A stretch of 15,747 nucleotides of DNA from assembly GCA_049966395.1 (NCBI GenBank), contig JBMFUT010000016.1, positions 1-15,747 on the forward strand, in the 5' to 3' direction. The first letter of the stretch is position 1, and each line of letters starts with the position of its first letter. The DNA is from Candidatus Micrarchaeia archaeon. GTDB lineage: Archaea > Micrarchaeota > Micrarchaeia > Micrarchaeales > CABMGC01. Shown here piece after piece: positions 14,668-15,747 of the stretch. The translations under genes were made by a program, and so were the position numbers. A model generated the notes under the pieces. It was not told the DNA's origin and searched no databases. It was given only the letters and a program-made list of their open reading frames with translations.

Positions 14668-15615
14668 GTGAGTGGTATAATGAAAAATGACTTGCTATCA
14701 AAAACAGTGAAGGATGTCAAAATAGAAAAAAACATGAGCGTAAAGTCGCTTATAGACAACATGAGGAACATTGGCGGCTTTTCGGCGCAACACATGGTTG
14801 AGGGGATAGACATAGTGTCAAAGATGCTGAATGACAAGGATTCGTTCAACTTTCTTTCCTTCCCAGCAGACATAATAGCAACTGGATTGAGGGGCATGAT
14901 AGCGAATGCGGTGAAGTACTTTGATGCCATAATAACAACCGGCGGGACGCTAGACCACGATCTTGCAAAGGCATACGGAGGCAAGTACAGCCTCGGCCGC
15001 TTTGAAGTCGATGACAGCATGCTCCACAAGAAGAACGTATACAGGCTCGGAAACATATTCATAGGAAGGGACGAATACGGCCTTTCTGTAGAGAATTACT
15101 TCAACGACATAATTGGCAAAGTGGTAAACGGAGGGAAGGAGGAATTCAGCGCAAGCGAACTCATAAGGGAATTCGGCAGAAACATGAAAGACAATAACTC
15201 AATAATAAGGCAGGCATACCTGCACAACGTGCCAATTTACTGCCCTGGAATCCTCGATGGAGCATTCGGCACGCAACTTTCTATATTCGCCCAAGACCAC
15301 AAGTTCAAATTGAACCTTATAAAAGACGAACTCGAACTGAGCAACATAATGTTTGACAACAAGGTTACAGGAGCTTTGATGGTAGGAGGAGGCATAAGCA
15401 AGCATCACGTAATATGGTGGAACCAATTCAAGGGAGGCCTAGATTACGCGGTCTACGTAACAACGGCGAGCCAGTATGATGGAAGCCTTTCCGGGGCAAG
15501 GCTTACAGAGGCGGTGTCCTGGGGCAAAGTCAAAGAGGACGCAAGATACACTACGATAGACGGCGATGCCACAATAATACTGCCTATAATGTTTTCATAC
15601 CTGAATCTTGTATAA
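14668..15615 (+). CDS. dys: Deoxyhypusine synthase (start may be ATG 14680)
   Basis: GGF.A, ATGLRG, ITTGG.L.HD, RLGNI, PIYCPGI.DG, GGGISKHH, DGSLSGA...EAVSWGK (catalytic Lys). Confidence 0.96.
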   Translation: MSGIMKNDLLSKTVKDVKIEKNMSVKSLIDNMRNIGGFSAQHMVEGIDIVSKMLNDKDSFNFLSFPADIIATGLRGMIANAVKYFDAIITTGGTLDHDLAKAYGGKYSLGRFEVDDSMLHKKNVYRLGNIFIGRDEYGLSVENYFNDIIGKVVNGGKEEFSASELIREFGRNMKDNNSIIRQAYLHNVPIYCPGILDGAFGTQLSIFAQDHKFKLNLIKDELELSNIMFDNKVTGALMVGGGISKHHVIWWNQFKGGLDYAVYVTTASQYDGSLSGARLTEAVSWGKVKEDARYTTIDGDATIILPIMFSYLNLV

Positions 15616-15747
15616 GTGGCAATACACATGCTCCTCGTGATATGCGAGTATTTCGTCTTCGCAGTATTCTTTGCGATGCTTGTGCTTGATACTAAAGGCC
15701 TTATCGCAAAGCGCGAACTATACAAAAAGGATCCTAAATTCAACCCA
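15616..15747 (+). CDS. 5' part of an N-terminally membrane-anchored protein, runs off the window (start GTG 15616 or ATG 15628)
   Basis: Open for 44 codons to the window end: (M)AIHMLLVICEYFVFAVFFAMLVLDTKGLIAKRELYKKDPKFNP. One hydrophobic helix then a basic linker. Function not assignable. Confidence 0.55.
   Translation, partial: MAIHMLLVICEYFVFAVFFAMLVLDTKGLIAKRELYKKDPKFNP

Noticed and set aside
15613..15618. Possible read-through fusion of dys with the next in-frame ORF (TAA directly followed by GTG)
   Set aside because: dys ends at its normal C-terminus (DATIILP...), TAA is not a recoded stop, and zero spacers are common in this window.

Overview
Densely packed archaeal chromosomal segment. 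The gene set (eS26, aCPSF1/FttA, proteasome beta, SecE/Sec61-gamma, FtsZ, deoxyhypusine synthase), TATA-box promoters, GGTG-type Shine-Dalgarno motifs and near-zero spacers establish an archaeal origin. A streamlined DPANN genome such as Micrarchaeota is my inference only. From left to right: a short rps26e and a membrane protein with a B-box-like Zn finger (+); fttA, psmB and a stand-alone TRAM protein (-); a lipid-linked glycosylation module (GT-C-like polytopic membrane protein on -, divergent from two tandem MOP/Wzx-type flippases and a Dol-P-mannose-synthase-like GT2 on +); pyrG, an N-terminally truncated NFACT/Rqc2 protein, secE and ftsZ (-); dys and the start of another membrane-anchored ORF (+). 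I saw no rRNA, tRNA, CRISPR array or mobile element. The most notable observations are: (1) a half-length Rqc2/NEMF-family gene coupled to secE where spt5/nusG normally sits; (2) a 48-bp perfectly identical tract shared by two otherwise diverged flippase paralogs; (3) a 5-bp duplication that puts the coupled ATG of the second flippase out of frame; (4) a GT-C-like protein apparently lacking the loop-1 acidic residue; (5) a shortened eS26 with SD, TTG start and an overlapping 4-codon uORF.
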